This document shows positions 55,619 to 64,000 of a stretch of DNA of 64,000 nt, piece by piece. The DNA comes from Planctomycetota bacterium. GTDB lineage: Bacteria; Planctomycetota; GCA-002687715; CAIWVZ01. Within the stretch, counting starts at the first letter, position 1, and every line of letters starts with the position of its first letter. The notes under the pieces are model-generated. The model saw nothing but the letters and a program-made list of their open reading frames with translations. It ran no database searches and was not told the DNA's origin. The stretch is from NCBI GenBank assembly GCA_044222185.1, contig JBGANV010000005.1, forward strand, positions 96,001-160,000, written 5' to 3'. Made by a program: the position numbers and the translations under genes.

Positions 55619-57301
55619 CTACTTCAGGCCCGCCTGGATCCACTGCGAGAACTGGGCATCCAGTCGTTTCCAGTCCTCCGCCGTCCAATCGCCGAAGGTC
55701 CGCGACGCGACCTCCGCCAACCTCTCGCGCTCGTGCTTCTTCATCTCCTCCTGGAACTTCTTCGCGTCGCGCTGGCGCCGCTTGAACTCCTCCTCCTCTT
55801 CTTCCTCGGTGAGGGGATCCTTCGACGTGCGATGCTCCAGGAGGTCCTTCCATTGCTTCTTGTCGGCGGCCTCGAGCACCTCGAGAGAGCGCGCCATGCA
55901 CTCCTGGATCAAGCCCTTGGACTTGCCCTTCGCCCCGGGGCCGTCGAGCAGGAAACGCACGAAGAGCACGGCCTGCGCGCCGTAGATGTCGCCCTTCTCC
56001 CCGGCTGCCGCGAGATCCTCCCGCGGCTTCGAAACGAAGTCCGCCAACGGGATGAGTTGCTTCTTGCTGGCCGCGACCGCAGCTTCCCGGAGAGCCCAGA
56101 TCGGCGGAGTGAAGATCAGCCCGGCCTGCTTCTTCGAAATCCGCGCCTCGCTCAGATGAGAGATCAGCCCCGTCATCACCCAGCCGGGGAGAGCGAACCC
56201 AAGCGCCGGGTTCTTGTCGTTGAGGTACTGCGACAAGAGGGCCATCGCGATCGTCGAGAAGTCCGACAACACGCTCCCGCCGCGCTCCGCGCAAACGACT
56301 TCGCCAGTGTCGCCCACGTAGGAGTCGCCCGAACCCGACTGGTATGCGGACGCGACGTCCGGCGACGAACAGACGCGGAGGATCGACCGCATCACCTCGC
56401 CCTGGCCCACGTCCTTGAATCTCGCTTCCAGCCATTGCCGGACTTCCACCGCCTGCCACACCAGGAGCTCGGTGTATTTGGCGCTGGCGTTTCCGACGAC
56501 GACGAGGTTCTTCTCGTTCTTGACGGTCCATCCCTTGGGGAGGTCCTGCGTGACCTGTTTCAGCACGCGCTCCCGCCATTGACGACGGTGGGCCGCCTGC
56601 TCCTTCGCGAACTCCTTGTCGTCGGTGAGGAACCAGAGCCGGCTCACGCGGACGGCCTTCGATTCCGCGGCACCCGGGGCGGCCGTGCCTACGGTCAACG
56701 ATTTCAGGACCCGCTGCATCGGTCCTTTCACGTCCTCGTACTGCGCCTCGGCGACGTCGATTTCGACGGCCACGTCCTCCTCGGGGAGGTGGTAGATGCA
56801 CACGAGCAGACGCCGCGGGATCGCGGCCATCTTCTCGATCGTGACTTCGCGCTGGGTCACCGGGATCGCGCCGACCTCCCCGTTCGTCTCTGCACTGACG
56901 AAGTACCCGCCACCCTGGAAATTCCGCTTCAGGTAGTCGTCGTAGTTGCGGTATGGGCGGGAAACGTCGATCACGGTCACAGTGCGCGTGTCCGTCTTCT
57001 CGACCTCCACCGACACGCCGCCGTCCTTGACCTTCGGGAACGACAAAACGCGCATCGACGGCCGATGCGTCAGGGTTCCCGATGTGTCCTTGCCGCGGAT
57101 CGTGACCTCCCGATCGCCGATGAACTTGGCGAGGATCCACTGTTCGCCGGGCTTGATGGGGATCGTCTGCCACCCCGTCGGGAAACTCACCGAGAGGCCC
57201 TTGGCTGGGATCTTGTGAACGCTCTGCGACAGACCCGCGGACGAGGCGAGCGCGCCGACGAAACCCACGATCACGAGGAACCCGCACGCCGTTCGCGACA
57301 T
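55619..57301 (-). CDS. Exported hypothetical protein, DUF1570/peptidase-MA-like region with degenerate zinc motif
   Basis: AAGGAGA RBS; signal ending GLS-QS; 'LSQYL...LPGWVMTGL' and 'IYGAQAVLFVRFLL' resemble the 'HE..HQ...P.W..EGLA...Y.QSW..V.FL' pattern without the metal ligands. Confidence 0.7.
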   Translation of the reverse strand: MSRTACGFLVIVGFVGALASSAGLSQSVHKIPAKGLSVSFPTGWQTIPIKPGEQWILAKFIGDREVTIRGKDTSGTLTHRPSMRVLSFPKVKDGGVSVEVEKTDTRTVTVIDVSRPYRNYDDYLKRNFQGGGYFVSAETNGEVGAIPVTQREVTIEKMAAIPRRLLVCIYHLPEEDVAVEIDVAEAQYEDVKGPMQRVLKSLTVGTAAPGAAESKAVRVSRLWFLTDDKEFAKEQAAHRRQWRERVLKQVTQDLPKGWTVKNEKNLVVVGNASAKYTELLVWQAVEVRQWLEARFKDVGQGEVMRSILRVCSSPDVASAYQSGSGDSYVGDTGEVVCAERGGSVLSDFSTIAMALLSQYLNDKNPALGFALPGWVMTGLISHLSEARISKKQAGLIFTPPIWALREAAVAASKKQLIPLADFVSKPREDLAAAGEKGDIYGAQAVLFVRFLLDGPGAKGKSKGLIQECMARSLEVLEAADKKQWKDLLEHRTSKDPLTEEEEEEEFKRRQRDAKKFQEEMKKHERERLAEVASRTFGDWTAEDWKRLDAQFSQWIQAGLK

Positions 57302-57372
57302 GGTCGTCTCCTTCGAAGCGGACGGCGGGATTCTATGCGCGCGAGGCGGAACTCCAGCGAGAAAGTGGGCCG

Positions 57373-60216
57373 TCAGGTGTCCCGTGCCCGCTTCAGCCCG
57401 ATCAGGTTCGCGAGCAGGCGATAGGCGCCCGGAGTTCCCGACGGCAGTTGACGCCACAGATTCAGTCCCACGTAGACCCAGCGTCCCGTTCCCACCTTCG
57501 CTTCGACGAGCGCGCCCCTCTTCGCTCCCGCGTTGTAGGGAAACGGATCGGCCATCTCGACGAGGTCGACGTAACGGGGATCGCGCTCGCCGAGGAAGTA
57601 CGTCCCGCGCTCCTGCACCCAACCGTCCCATGTCTCCGGGCCGATTGCGTTGGGCGACCGGAACACGGGGTGGCCGGGCTGGAGCACGGTGACCGGCGCC
57701 ATCTCGTCGGTCACGCGATTCGTCGTGACCTTGGCCGGGTAGGGTCCGTACTGCGCGTCGTTGAACTCCGTCTTGTTGTACTGGACGAGGACGACTCCGC
57801 CGGCGCTCGCGTAGTCGAGGAGTCGCTGGTTGAAGGATCGCAGATCCGGGCGGCGCTCGTAGGCGCGGACGCCGGTCATGATGACGTCGAAGCGCGAGAG
57901 ATCACCGCCCGCGAGTTCCTCCTCCCCGATGAGTGTGACGCGCGCGCCGATCTGCTCGAGGGCGGTCGGAACGTCATCGCCGACACCCATGACGTAGCCG
58001 ACGCGCAGCCCTTCCTCGAACTTCGCATCGAGCAAGGCGAACGTCACGGCTGCGTCGTGGAAGACGTGCCGCCGCGTCGTGTGCGGATACTCGACGATCT
58101 GGAAGCCGCGGGTGAACGTCGCTGGCGTCTCGGACGCGTCGGTCGGCGCCGGGCGGAAGACCGCCTGGACGACCGCACGCCCCGGTGCCGTGCCCTCGGG
58201 GACGCGCACGTCGAACGTGACCGCCATCGATTCGTCTTCACGCTGGAGCGTGAGCGGAACCTGGACGGGATCCGACGACCATCCTGGCGGCAGGTCCAAG
58301 GAGACTGCGCCCCGGGCCGGACCCGGACGGCAGTTCGTCACGGTCACGCGCACGCTGCGCGAGACGGGAGCGGACGTCATCGCGGGCACCGCAGCGATCT
58401 CGGGCGTCACTCGCACGGAGTATGCCGGCACGACGAGGATCTCGTGGCGCTTCTCGCCGCTGAAGATGTTGCCGGGATGGCGAAACTCGATCGGCCGCAC
58501 GATTTCGATGCGGCGCCCGCCGACCTCGATCCCGAGCTGCGCGAGGAACGGCGTTGGCCGAAACGCGGCGCCGAACGGCGCATCGAACTCGAACTCATAG
58601 CGGTCGACGTCGGCGCGACGTCGCCAATGCGGCGCGGTGAATCGCGCGTCCGCCGGAATCCCGCCGACGATCGTGCACGTCCACGGGATGCCCGGCTTCA
58701 GTTCCGCGCTTGGCCTGGACTCGGGCAACGTCTTCTCGGTCGAGAAGCCGACCAAACGGATGAAGTCCAGACGGATCGGGTCGGCGCCGTGTTGTACGGC
58801 GTGGATGCCGACCTTGACCTCCTGGCCGGGAATGACGACGCCATCATCGGCGAGCACGTCGAGACGCCACCCGCGCGACGCGAGGATCGCATCCACCGCC
58901 GCATCCTCGGCGCGCGCCACGAGCCGCTCGGCATCGGGTGTCCACTCGCGCGGCGGGACGCGGTCGTGCAGGCGCGCCCTCAATCCGGCGAGGCGATCCT
59001 TCAGCTGGAGCAGGCCCGTGCCGGCGCGACCTCGCTCTCCCGACTGGAACTGCCGGCGGATCTCGTCCTGGAGATCGTCGATTGCCACGGCGTCCGCGAG
59101 GTTCTCGATGTCCGCGTCGTCGGGAATACGATCGGGACTGCCCTCGGGAATCCGCGGCGAGATGGCGCCTACGACCCCCATGCGGATCCCGTCGAGGATC
59201 GACACGCGGGGGTGACGCGGCTCCGTCGGCTCCGCGGTCGCCCACCCATCGCTCCAGACTTCGCGGAAGCGTGAGCTCGATCGGCTCGGCAGCGCCAGGA
59301 GCTGCGCCATCCCCTGGCATTTGTGCATGGAGCGCGCTTCGAGCCCGATCTCGGCGAACGTCGCTCCGAGGACCGGGTCGAACACCGACGTCTCGACGGT
59401 GAAGACCCGGGTGGCCTTCGTAGGCCATGTCTCGGGACGCGATTGCGGACGAGACTCGCCTGGTCCATCCGCACGTGAGTCCGTCGTCCGCGCGGCGCGC
59501 CCGCGGCCGCGACGAGATTCGGCGGATCGCGAGTCGGTCGGTTGGGACTCGGCGCCGAGTCCGAAGTTCGTGGACGCGAGGACGCGCCCCACGTGCCACG
59601 GGCGCAGCCCCTCGCCCAACTGTTCGGGAAACGCCTCGGATGAACCCGCCAGCCGCGCCGCCTCGGCGGCGAGCTTCGCGGACGTCTGATGGTGCTGGCC
59701 TCCGCCGTCACCGATCGGGTGCATCGTCAGGACGACGTCCGGGCGATGGATCCGCATCTGCCGGACGAAGTCGCCGAGGATCTCATCGCGACCCCACCGC
59801 GACAGTGTCTCCTCCACGCTGAACGAATAGCCGAAGTCGACCGCCCGCGTGAACCACTGCTCGGCTCCGTCGAGGCGATGCACGGCCGCCAGTTCCTCCG
59901 TCCGCAGCACTGCGAGGGCATCGAAGATCTCGGGACCGATTTCGTTCTGACCGCCGTCACCACGGGTTGCCGTCACGACGACGACGCGGGATCCCTCACC
60001 CAACGCGAGCCGTGCGATCAGCGCGCTGTTCTCGTCGTCGGGGTGCGCCGTACAGATCATCACGGTCGCCGGATTCCCGATCCTGCGAAGCGCGAGCGTG
60101 AGCGCCGCGTCGCCCGAGTCCTGCCGCGGATGCACCCGCAGCTGAGCCCAGGAACACGCCGCCAGCGCACAGACCGCGATCGCCATCCGAACGCGAATGC
60201 CGGTCGTAAGGAGCAT
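57373..60216 (-). CDS. PIG-L/LmbE-family deacetylase with NEW3-like and C-terminal glutamine-amidotransferase-like domains
   Basis: 'TAHPDDEN', 'TRGDGGQNEIG', 'LRTEEL', 'DFGYS', 'HHQ', 'RSMHKCQG'; 'LDLPPGWSSDP'; 'VGYVMGVGDDVP', 'GVRAY', 'WVQERG'. Confidence 0.92.
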   Translation of the reverse strand: MLLTTGIRVRMAIAVCALAACSWAQLRVHPRQDSGDAALTLALRRIGNPATVMICTAHPDDENSALIARLALGEGSRVVVVTATRGDGGQNEIGPEIFDALAVLRTEELAAVHRLDGAEQWFTRAVDFGYSFSVEETLSRWGRDEILGDFVRQMRIHRPDVVLTMHPIGDGGGQHHQTSAKLAAEAARLAGSSEAFPEQLGEGLRPWHVGRVLASTNFGLGAESQPTDSRSAESRRGRGRAARTTDSRADGPGESRPQSRPETWPTKATRVFTVETSVFDPVLGATFAEIGLEARSMHKCQGMAQLLALPSRSSSRFREVWSDGWATAEPTEPRHPRVSILDGIRMGVVGAISPRIPEGSPDRIPDDADIENLADAVAIDDLQDEIRRQFQSGERGRAGTGLLQLKDRLAGLRARLHDRVPPREWTPDAERLVARAEDAAVDAILASRGWRLDVLADDGVVIPGQEVKVGIHAVQHGADPIRLDFIRLVGFSTEKTLPESRPSAELKPGIPWTCTIVGGIPADARFTAPHWRRRADVDRYEFEFDAPFGAAFRPTPFLAQLGIEVGGRRIEIVRPIEFRHPGNIFSGEKRHEILVVPAYSVRVTPEIAAVPAMTSAPVSRSVRVTVTNCRPGPARGAVSLDLPPGWSSDPVQVPLTLQREDESMAVTFDVRVPEGTAPGRAVVQAVFRPAPTDASETPATFTRGFQIVEYPHTTRRHVFHDAAVTFALLDAKFEEGLRVGYVMGVGDDVPTALEQIGARVTLIGEEELAGGDLSRFDVIMTGVRAYERRPDLRSFNQRLLDYASAGGVVLVQYNKTEFNDAQYGPYPAKVTTNRVTDEMAPVTVLQPGHPVFRSPNAIGPETWDGWVQERGTYFLGERDPRYVDLVEMADPFPYNAGAKRGALVEAKVGTGRWVYVGLNLWRQLPSGTPGAYRLLANLIGLKRARDT

Positions 60217-60355
60217 GGCGAGGTTCTACCACCGAGCCCCCGCTCACGTGCGGGGATCGCCCCAGGACCGCCGCAGCATTGATTCCAACCTCGGCCCCTC
60301 TTAAACCGACGTCCATTCCGCGCTCCCACGCGCACTCGCGCCGTCTCCCACGACA

Positions 60356-61315
60356 ATGAATGCCACTCCAGCATCGACCGGCTCCCATCTCATGCAGTGC
60401 ATGGAGGTCTGGGGCGGGAACCACGCATTCGACAACAAGGTCGCAATGCCGGGACTCGACGTGTGGGTGCTGAGCGTCCCGCACGAAGGGTCCGACAGCG
60501 GCGGTGACATCCACTACGTTTCGAGCTGCGCGACGGGGCGCATCGCACGTTTCGTCGTCGCGGACGTGTCGGGACACGGCCCACAGGTCTCGGACGTGGC
60601 CGTCCGGTTGCGCGGCCTCATGCGGCGGTTCGTGAACCACGTCGATCAGTCGCGCGTCGTCCAACGGGTGAACGAGAGTTTCGCCGAGCAGCCGGGAGAC
60701 GACGCGTACTTCGCGACGGCGATCCTCGGCACGTATTGGGCACCGACGAGTTTCCTCACGCTTTGCAACGCGGGCCATCCCAGACCCATCCTCTACCGCG
60801 CCGCAACCGGAACGTGGGATCTCGTGACGACTCACGTGCCGCAATCCGGGCTGGCGAACATCCCTCTCGGGATCGACGCCGGCGTCCGCTACGACCAGGC
60901 GTCTCTCACGCTGGAGAAAGGCGATCTCGTCCTCGTCTACACGGATTCACTGATCGAGGCCAAGGGCCACGACGGCTCACGCGTCGGCGAGCTCGGTCTC
61001 CTCGAGATGTTGCGGAAGGTGGACGTTTCGCGCCCGGACGGCGTCGTCCGCTCGCTCCTGTCGCGCGTCGAGTCGTTCCGCGGTGGAGTGCCCTCGGACG
61101 ATGACGTCACGGTCTTGTTGTTGCGGCACACGGGAGAGCGTCCCCGCGCGACGTTCGCGACGTTCCTGCGCGCGCTGCGCGGGTTCGGTCAGGCGATCGG
61201 CGACCGCTTCCGGGGTCGCGCCCGCCAGTTTCCCTGGCCCGAGATCTCCCTCGCCACGATCGGCGGCGTGTTGATCTCCGCGCTCAATCGCCGGATCGGG
61301 TCGCGCCGCGGCTGA
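60356..61315 (+). CDS. PP2C/SpoIIE-family Ser/Thr phosphatase
   Basis: 'MQCMEVWGGN', 'SGGD', 'VADVSGHG', 'FATA', 'NAGHP', 'YTDSLIE', 'DDVT'. Confidence 0.93.
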   Translation: MNATPASTGSHLMQCMEVWGGNHAFDNKVAMPGLDVWVLSVPHEGSDSGGDIHYVSSCATGRIARFVVADVSGHGPQVSDVAVRLRGLMRRFVNHVDQSRVVQRVNESFAEQPGDDAYFATAILGTYWAPTSFLTLCNAGHPRPILYRAATGTWDLVTTHVPQSGLANIPLGIDAGVRYDQASLTLEKGDLVLVYTDSLIEAKGHDGSRVGELGLLEMLRKVDVSRPDGVVRSLLSRVESFRGGVPSDDDVTVLLLRHTGERPRATFATFLRALRGFGQAIGDRFRGRARQFPWPEISLATIGGVLISALNRRIGSRRG

Positions 61316-61338
61316 ACGCCGCGACGCGGAGGGTCACC

Positions 61339-63015
61339 TCACGGAAACTGTGAGCAGGCGCCGTTCCAGTCGATCGGGTTGCCCTGATCGTCGATGGCCG
61401 TGGCATAGGCGAGGCGGCCGGCCTTCGTGCGCTTCGTGGCGGCAGCGCGCATGTCGGCACTCGTCACGCGCAGGCTCTTCAGGAACTCGATGACGCCCGC
61501 CTGCTCCGCTGCGGAGAGCGCGAGGAAGGCCGCGCGAGAGGCCGTCGCCTCGCCGAAGTGGTGCTCGATGGCCTCGCGAAGTGTCGTCAGCTTGCCGTCA
61601 TGGAAGTACGGCGGCTCGCTCGCGCAGCCCCAAAGCCTGCGGGTGATGAACGCCTTGTTCCCGGCGAAGAAGCCCGTGGATCCAGGCGCCTGGTGCATGT
61701 CGAGCTGCTCGGGACGCTGATCGGGATCGCCCGTCATCACGTCGTGCAGCTTGAAGTCCGAGAACACTGGAACGCGGATCGCGTTGTTCTGCGGCAAGAG
61801 CCGCGGCCACGGCAGGTCGGTATTCGACAGGTCGACGGCATACGTGCCGTGAGCCGTCGTGTAGGTGTCGCCCGGCTGCAGGTTGCCCGTGGGGTTGAAG
61901 GGGTTGGGCTCGGTGAAGACCCATCCCTTCCCCTGGCCCGCAGTGCCCTGGTCGCCGGCAAGCGTCACGTTCGGTTTGTGGCACGAGGCGCATCCGAGCG
62001 TCTGCGAGCAGAAGAGCTGCTCGCCGAGCGCGATCGCGTTTCTCGTGGCGCCATCCCGCGGGATGACGCGACACGGGACCGCGAGCGTCGCCTGGTAGAC
62101 CGAGAGCGCCGTCACATCGGCCGTCGTCACTTCGTTCGGGAGCACGTCGTTCGGGCCTGGAATTCCGTCGCCGTCGGTGTCGCCGAGGCCGAACCGCTCG
62201 GGGCTCTGGATGCCGTGGTGGTGATTCAGTGCGTTGTTGGTGAACTGGCGCAGCGAGATCACGGCGGCGGCCTGGTGGAACGGCCGGATGATGAGACTCG
62301 GCGGGCTCGTCGGCCCCGCCGAAGCGAGACTCTCGGCCGGGATGCCGACCACGCCCGAGGTGTCCCACGACCCATCGCCGCCACGGGCGAGAGTCCCGAA
62401 GCTGATCCCCTTGCTCGTCAAGGCCGCGTTGGAGCCGGCAGCGATGCCGCTGCGGATCGCCTGCAGATCGAAGGTGATCTGGCGTGCGAGCATCTCGACG
62501 TAGCCGGAACCGAACATGCCCACGGTCCCGCGGGAGTTGGCGGCCTCGTCGATCGTGGCGAGGCGGCTCATCTCGTCCGTCGTGCCCTTCGTCGTGAAGC
62601 CGTCGGCGTTGGGCCCGAACGTGAGGAAGTCGAAGCGCTGCCCAAGCACGAACACGTTCGCGACGATGTCGCCGCCTCCTCCGGAGAAAGGCGCGTTGTG
62701 GCAGCCGGCGCAGGAGTTCGCGTCCGGCGCCGACACCCGGTTGAATCCGCGGAACCCGGTGAGCGGATCACTCGGGTCGGACAGCGGGTTTCCGTTCCCC
62801 TTGCGGAGCGGGCGCCCCTGACCGTCCTGCTTCGTCCAGTTCGCGACGAACAGCGCCCGGCCGTGGGCCACAACCTGCTTGGGATTCGTCGTAAACTCCG
62901 ATCCATCCGCAAGATGGATCGGGATGGCCTTCTCGGAACCGACCTGCCCCGGCGAAGCCGCAACCAGGACCATCAGGCATGCCAGCAGCGTGTGTGCTCT
63001 AATCCCGCTCCCCAT
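61339..63015 (-). CDS. Exported di-heme oxidoreductase (DHOR / cytochrome c peroxidase-like)
   Basis: Two CxxCH motifs (CAGCH, CASCH); 'GRALF', 'FGSGYVEMLA', 'PFHQ', 'FSDFKLHD', 'TRRLWG...PYFHDG..TL.EAI..H.GEA', 'FLKSL'. Confidence 0.88.
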   Translation of the reverse strand: MGSGIRAHTLLACLMVLVAASPGQVGSEKAIPIHLADGSEFTTNPKQVVAHGRALFVANWTKQDGQGRPLRKGNGNPLSDPSDPLTGFRGFNRVSAPDANSCAGCHNAPFSGGGGDIVANVFVLGQRFDFLTFGPNADGFTTKGTTDEMSRLATIDEAANSRGTVGMFGSGYVEMLARQITFDLQAIRSGIAAGSNAALTSKGISFGTLARGGDGSWDTSGVVGIPAESLASAGPTSPPSLIIRPFHQAAAVISLRQFTNNALNHHHGIQSPERFGLGDTDGDGIPGPNDVLPNEVTTADVTALSVYQATLAVPCRVIPRDGATRNAIALGEQLFCSQTLGCASCHKPNVTLAGDQGTAGQGKGWVFTEPNPFNPTGNLQPGDTYTTAHGTYAVDLSNTDLPWPRLLPQNNAIRVPVFSDFKLHDVMTGDPDQRPEQLDMHQAPGSTGFFAGNKAFITRRLWGCASEPPYFHDGKLTTLREAIEHHFGEATASRAAFLALSAAEQAGVIEFLKSLRVTSADMRAAATKRTKAGRLAYATAIDDQGNPIDWNGACSQFP

Positions 63016-63221
63016 TTCCGTTCCCTCGTCCTCGATGAAGTGGAAGCCCGCGTTCCACGGCCGCGGTTCTGTCGACCTGACCGAACGAAGGGAGTCATCG
63101 ACCCGACCTGAGGTCGAAGCTGAGGAAAGAAAGCGGCCGGCTCGAGCGCCAATGCCGCTCCATCGGAGTGCGGGTGCGGGTCCGCGAGGCCGTTTCGCCG
63201 CGAAAAAGTCGCCGAGGCGAC

Positions 63222-63313
63222 AATGAATTCAGAATGAACTCAGGTTTGAACCGACAGGTCAAACTTACCTTCATAGAAAAGGATCTGGATTATTTCGCAG
63301 CCACCTCTAGAAT
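63222..63313. promoter_or_regulatory. AT-rich divergent promoter region with 11-bp tandem repeat and a palindrome
   Basis: AATGAATTCAG/AATGAACTCAG (63222-63243); GTTTGA-N9-TCAAAC (63244-63264); TAGAAT at 63308-63313. Confidence 0.5.
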
Positions 63314-63369
63314 CTCGGCCCTGGAGCGACTCGCTAGAGAGCCCAACTTCCTTCGGAGTGTCCCAGAAC

Positions 63370-64000
63370 ATGCAACGCAACAATGACGCGCGCCCCGCCG
63401 GGCGTGACGGTGGCTTTACGCTCGTTGAACTCGTGGTCGTCATGGCGGTCCTCGCCGTCCTTTCGGGTCTCATCCTCCCGAAGCTGGACGTGTTCAAGCT
63501 GAAGGCAAACAAGTCGGCCGATGCGGCCAACATCCACGGGGTCGACCGCTACATCACCCAGTACAAGGTCCAGAAGGACCTGTTCCCGGACGGCTGGGAT
63601 TCCCTGATGGACGCTGCCAGCACGGCGACCTTGTTCACCGCGCTCGCGCCCGAACTCACGGGATCGACCCCGGGTTCACCGGTCCGCCTCACGACGACCA
63701 CCATCACCGACCAGAACGAGCTGCGCTCCCTGCAGCGCGTGGGAATCACGACGGTCTTCGATCACAACACCGGTGGGTTCCCGCCTGACAGCGCGAACGG
63801 CGCGGCCCGCGTCCTCCAGGTCGGCGACACGGTTGCCACGATCAACCAGGCGGACCCGGACGGCCAGAACATCATCGCGCGCATGTACGCCTCGAACGGC
63901 GGCGTGGTTCCCGCTGGTCGCAAGGTCATCGTCGTCGGCCTCGGCCCGCGCAACCAGATCGTCGGGGACACCCTCCACGAGGCCCCCATCTCGGCCGGTG
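63370..64000 (+). CDS. Type IV pilin / T2SS pseudopilin-like protein (runs off the window; absent from the ORF track)
   Basis: ATG 63370: MQRNNDARPAGRDGG-FTLVELVVVMAVLAVLSGLILP, a class III signal (G/FTLVE); frame open to the window end. Confidence 0.9.
   Translation, partial: MQRNNDARPAGRDGGFTLVELVVVMAVLAVLSGLILPKLDVFKLKANKSADAANIHGVDRYITQYKVQKDLFPDGWDSLMDAASTATLFTALAPELTGSTPGSPVRLTTTTITDQNELRSLQRVGITTVFDHNTGGFPPDSANGAARVLQVGDTVATINQADPDGQNIIARMYASNGGVVPAGRKVIVVGLGPRNQIVGDTLHEAPISAG

Noticed and set aside
11214-59274. Many long antisense or alternate-frame ORFs (e.g. 11214-12851, 16475-18685, 18645-20492, 36198-38060, 46992-49265, 55098-57287, 57448-59274)
   Set aside because: They overlap well-supported genes, have Arg/Gly/Pro-biased composition and are expected in high-GC DNA.

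Overview
High-GC bacterial DNA, most consistent with an uncultured Planctomycetota lineage (inferred from ECF sigma/Ser-Thr kinase-FGE genes, a QW-repeat protein, VIT-VWA, ASPIC/UnbV and DUF1570-like proteins). Positions 1-15.5 kb are an accessory region with two unrelated IS3 fragments, an ISL3 element, large exported proteins, ECF sigma factors and a kinase. The rest mixes housekeeping genes (OPT transporter, murQ, SDR, hslO, arfB, PP2C, NUDIX) with many exported proteins and two ECF/anti-sigma operons. Main observations: (1) a SenB-type (TIGR04348-like) selenosugar synthase gene whose conserved N-terminus is interrupted by an in-frame TGA (54658-54660) followed by a fdhF-like SECIS hairpin, i.e. 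a candidate selenoprotein, downstream of a highly structured intergenic segment; (2) a recurring ~100-130 aa terminal domain in eight loci encoding unrelated exported proteins, behaving like a T9SS-CTD-analogous sorting or anchoring module, accompanied by a Gln(+1) signal-peptide bias and ESRP/TTRP linker motifs; (3) an inverted orphan copy of that domain next to a lipase-like gene; (4) a short secretin-like protein with a permuted signature inside an ECF operon. No CRISPR array, tRNA or rRNA was recognised. All family calls are from motif recognition by eye, not database searches.
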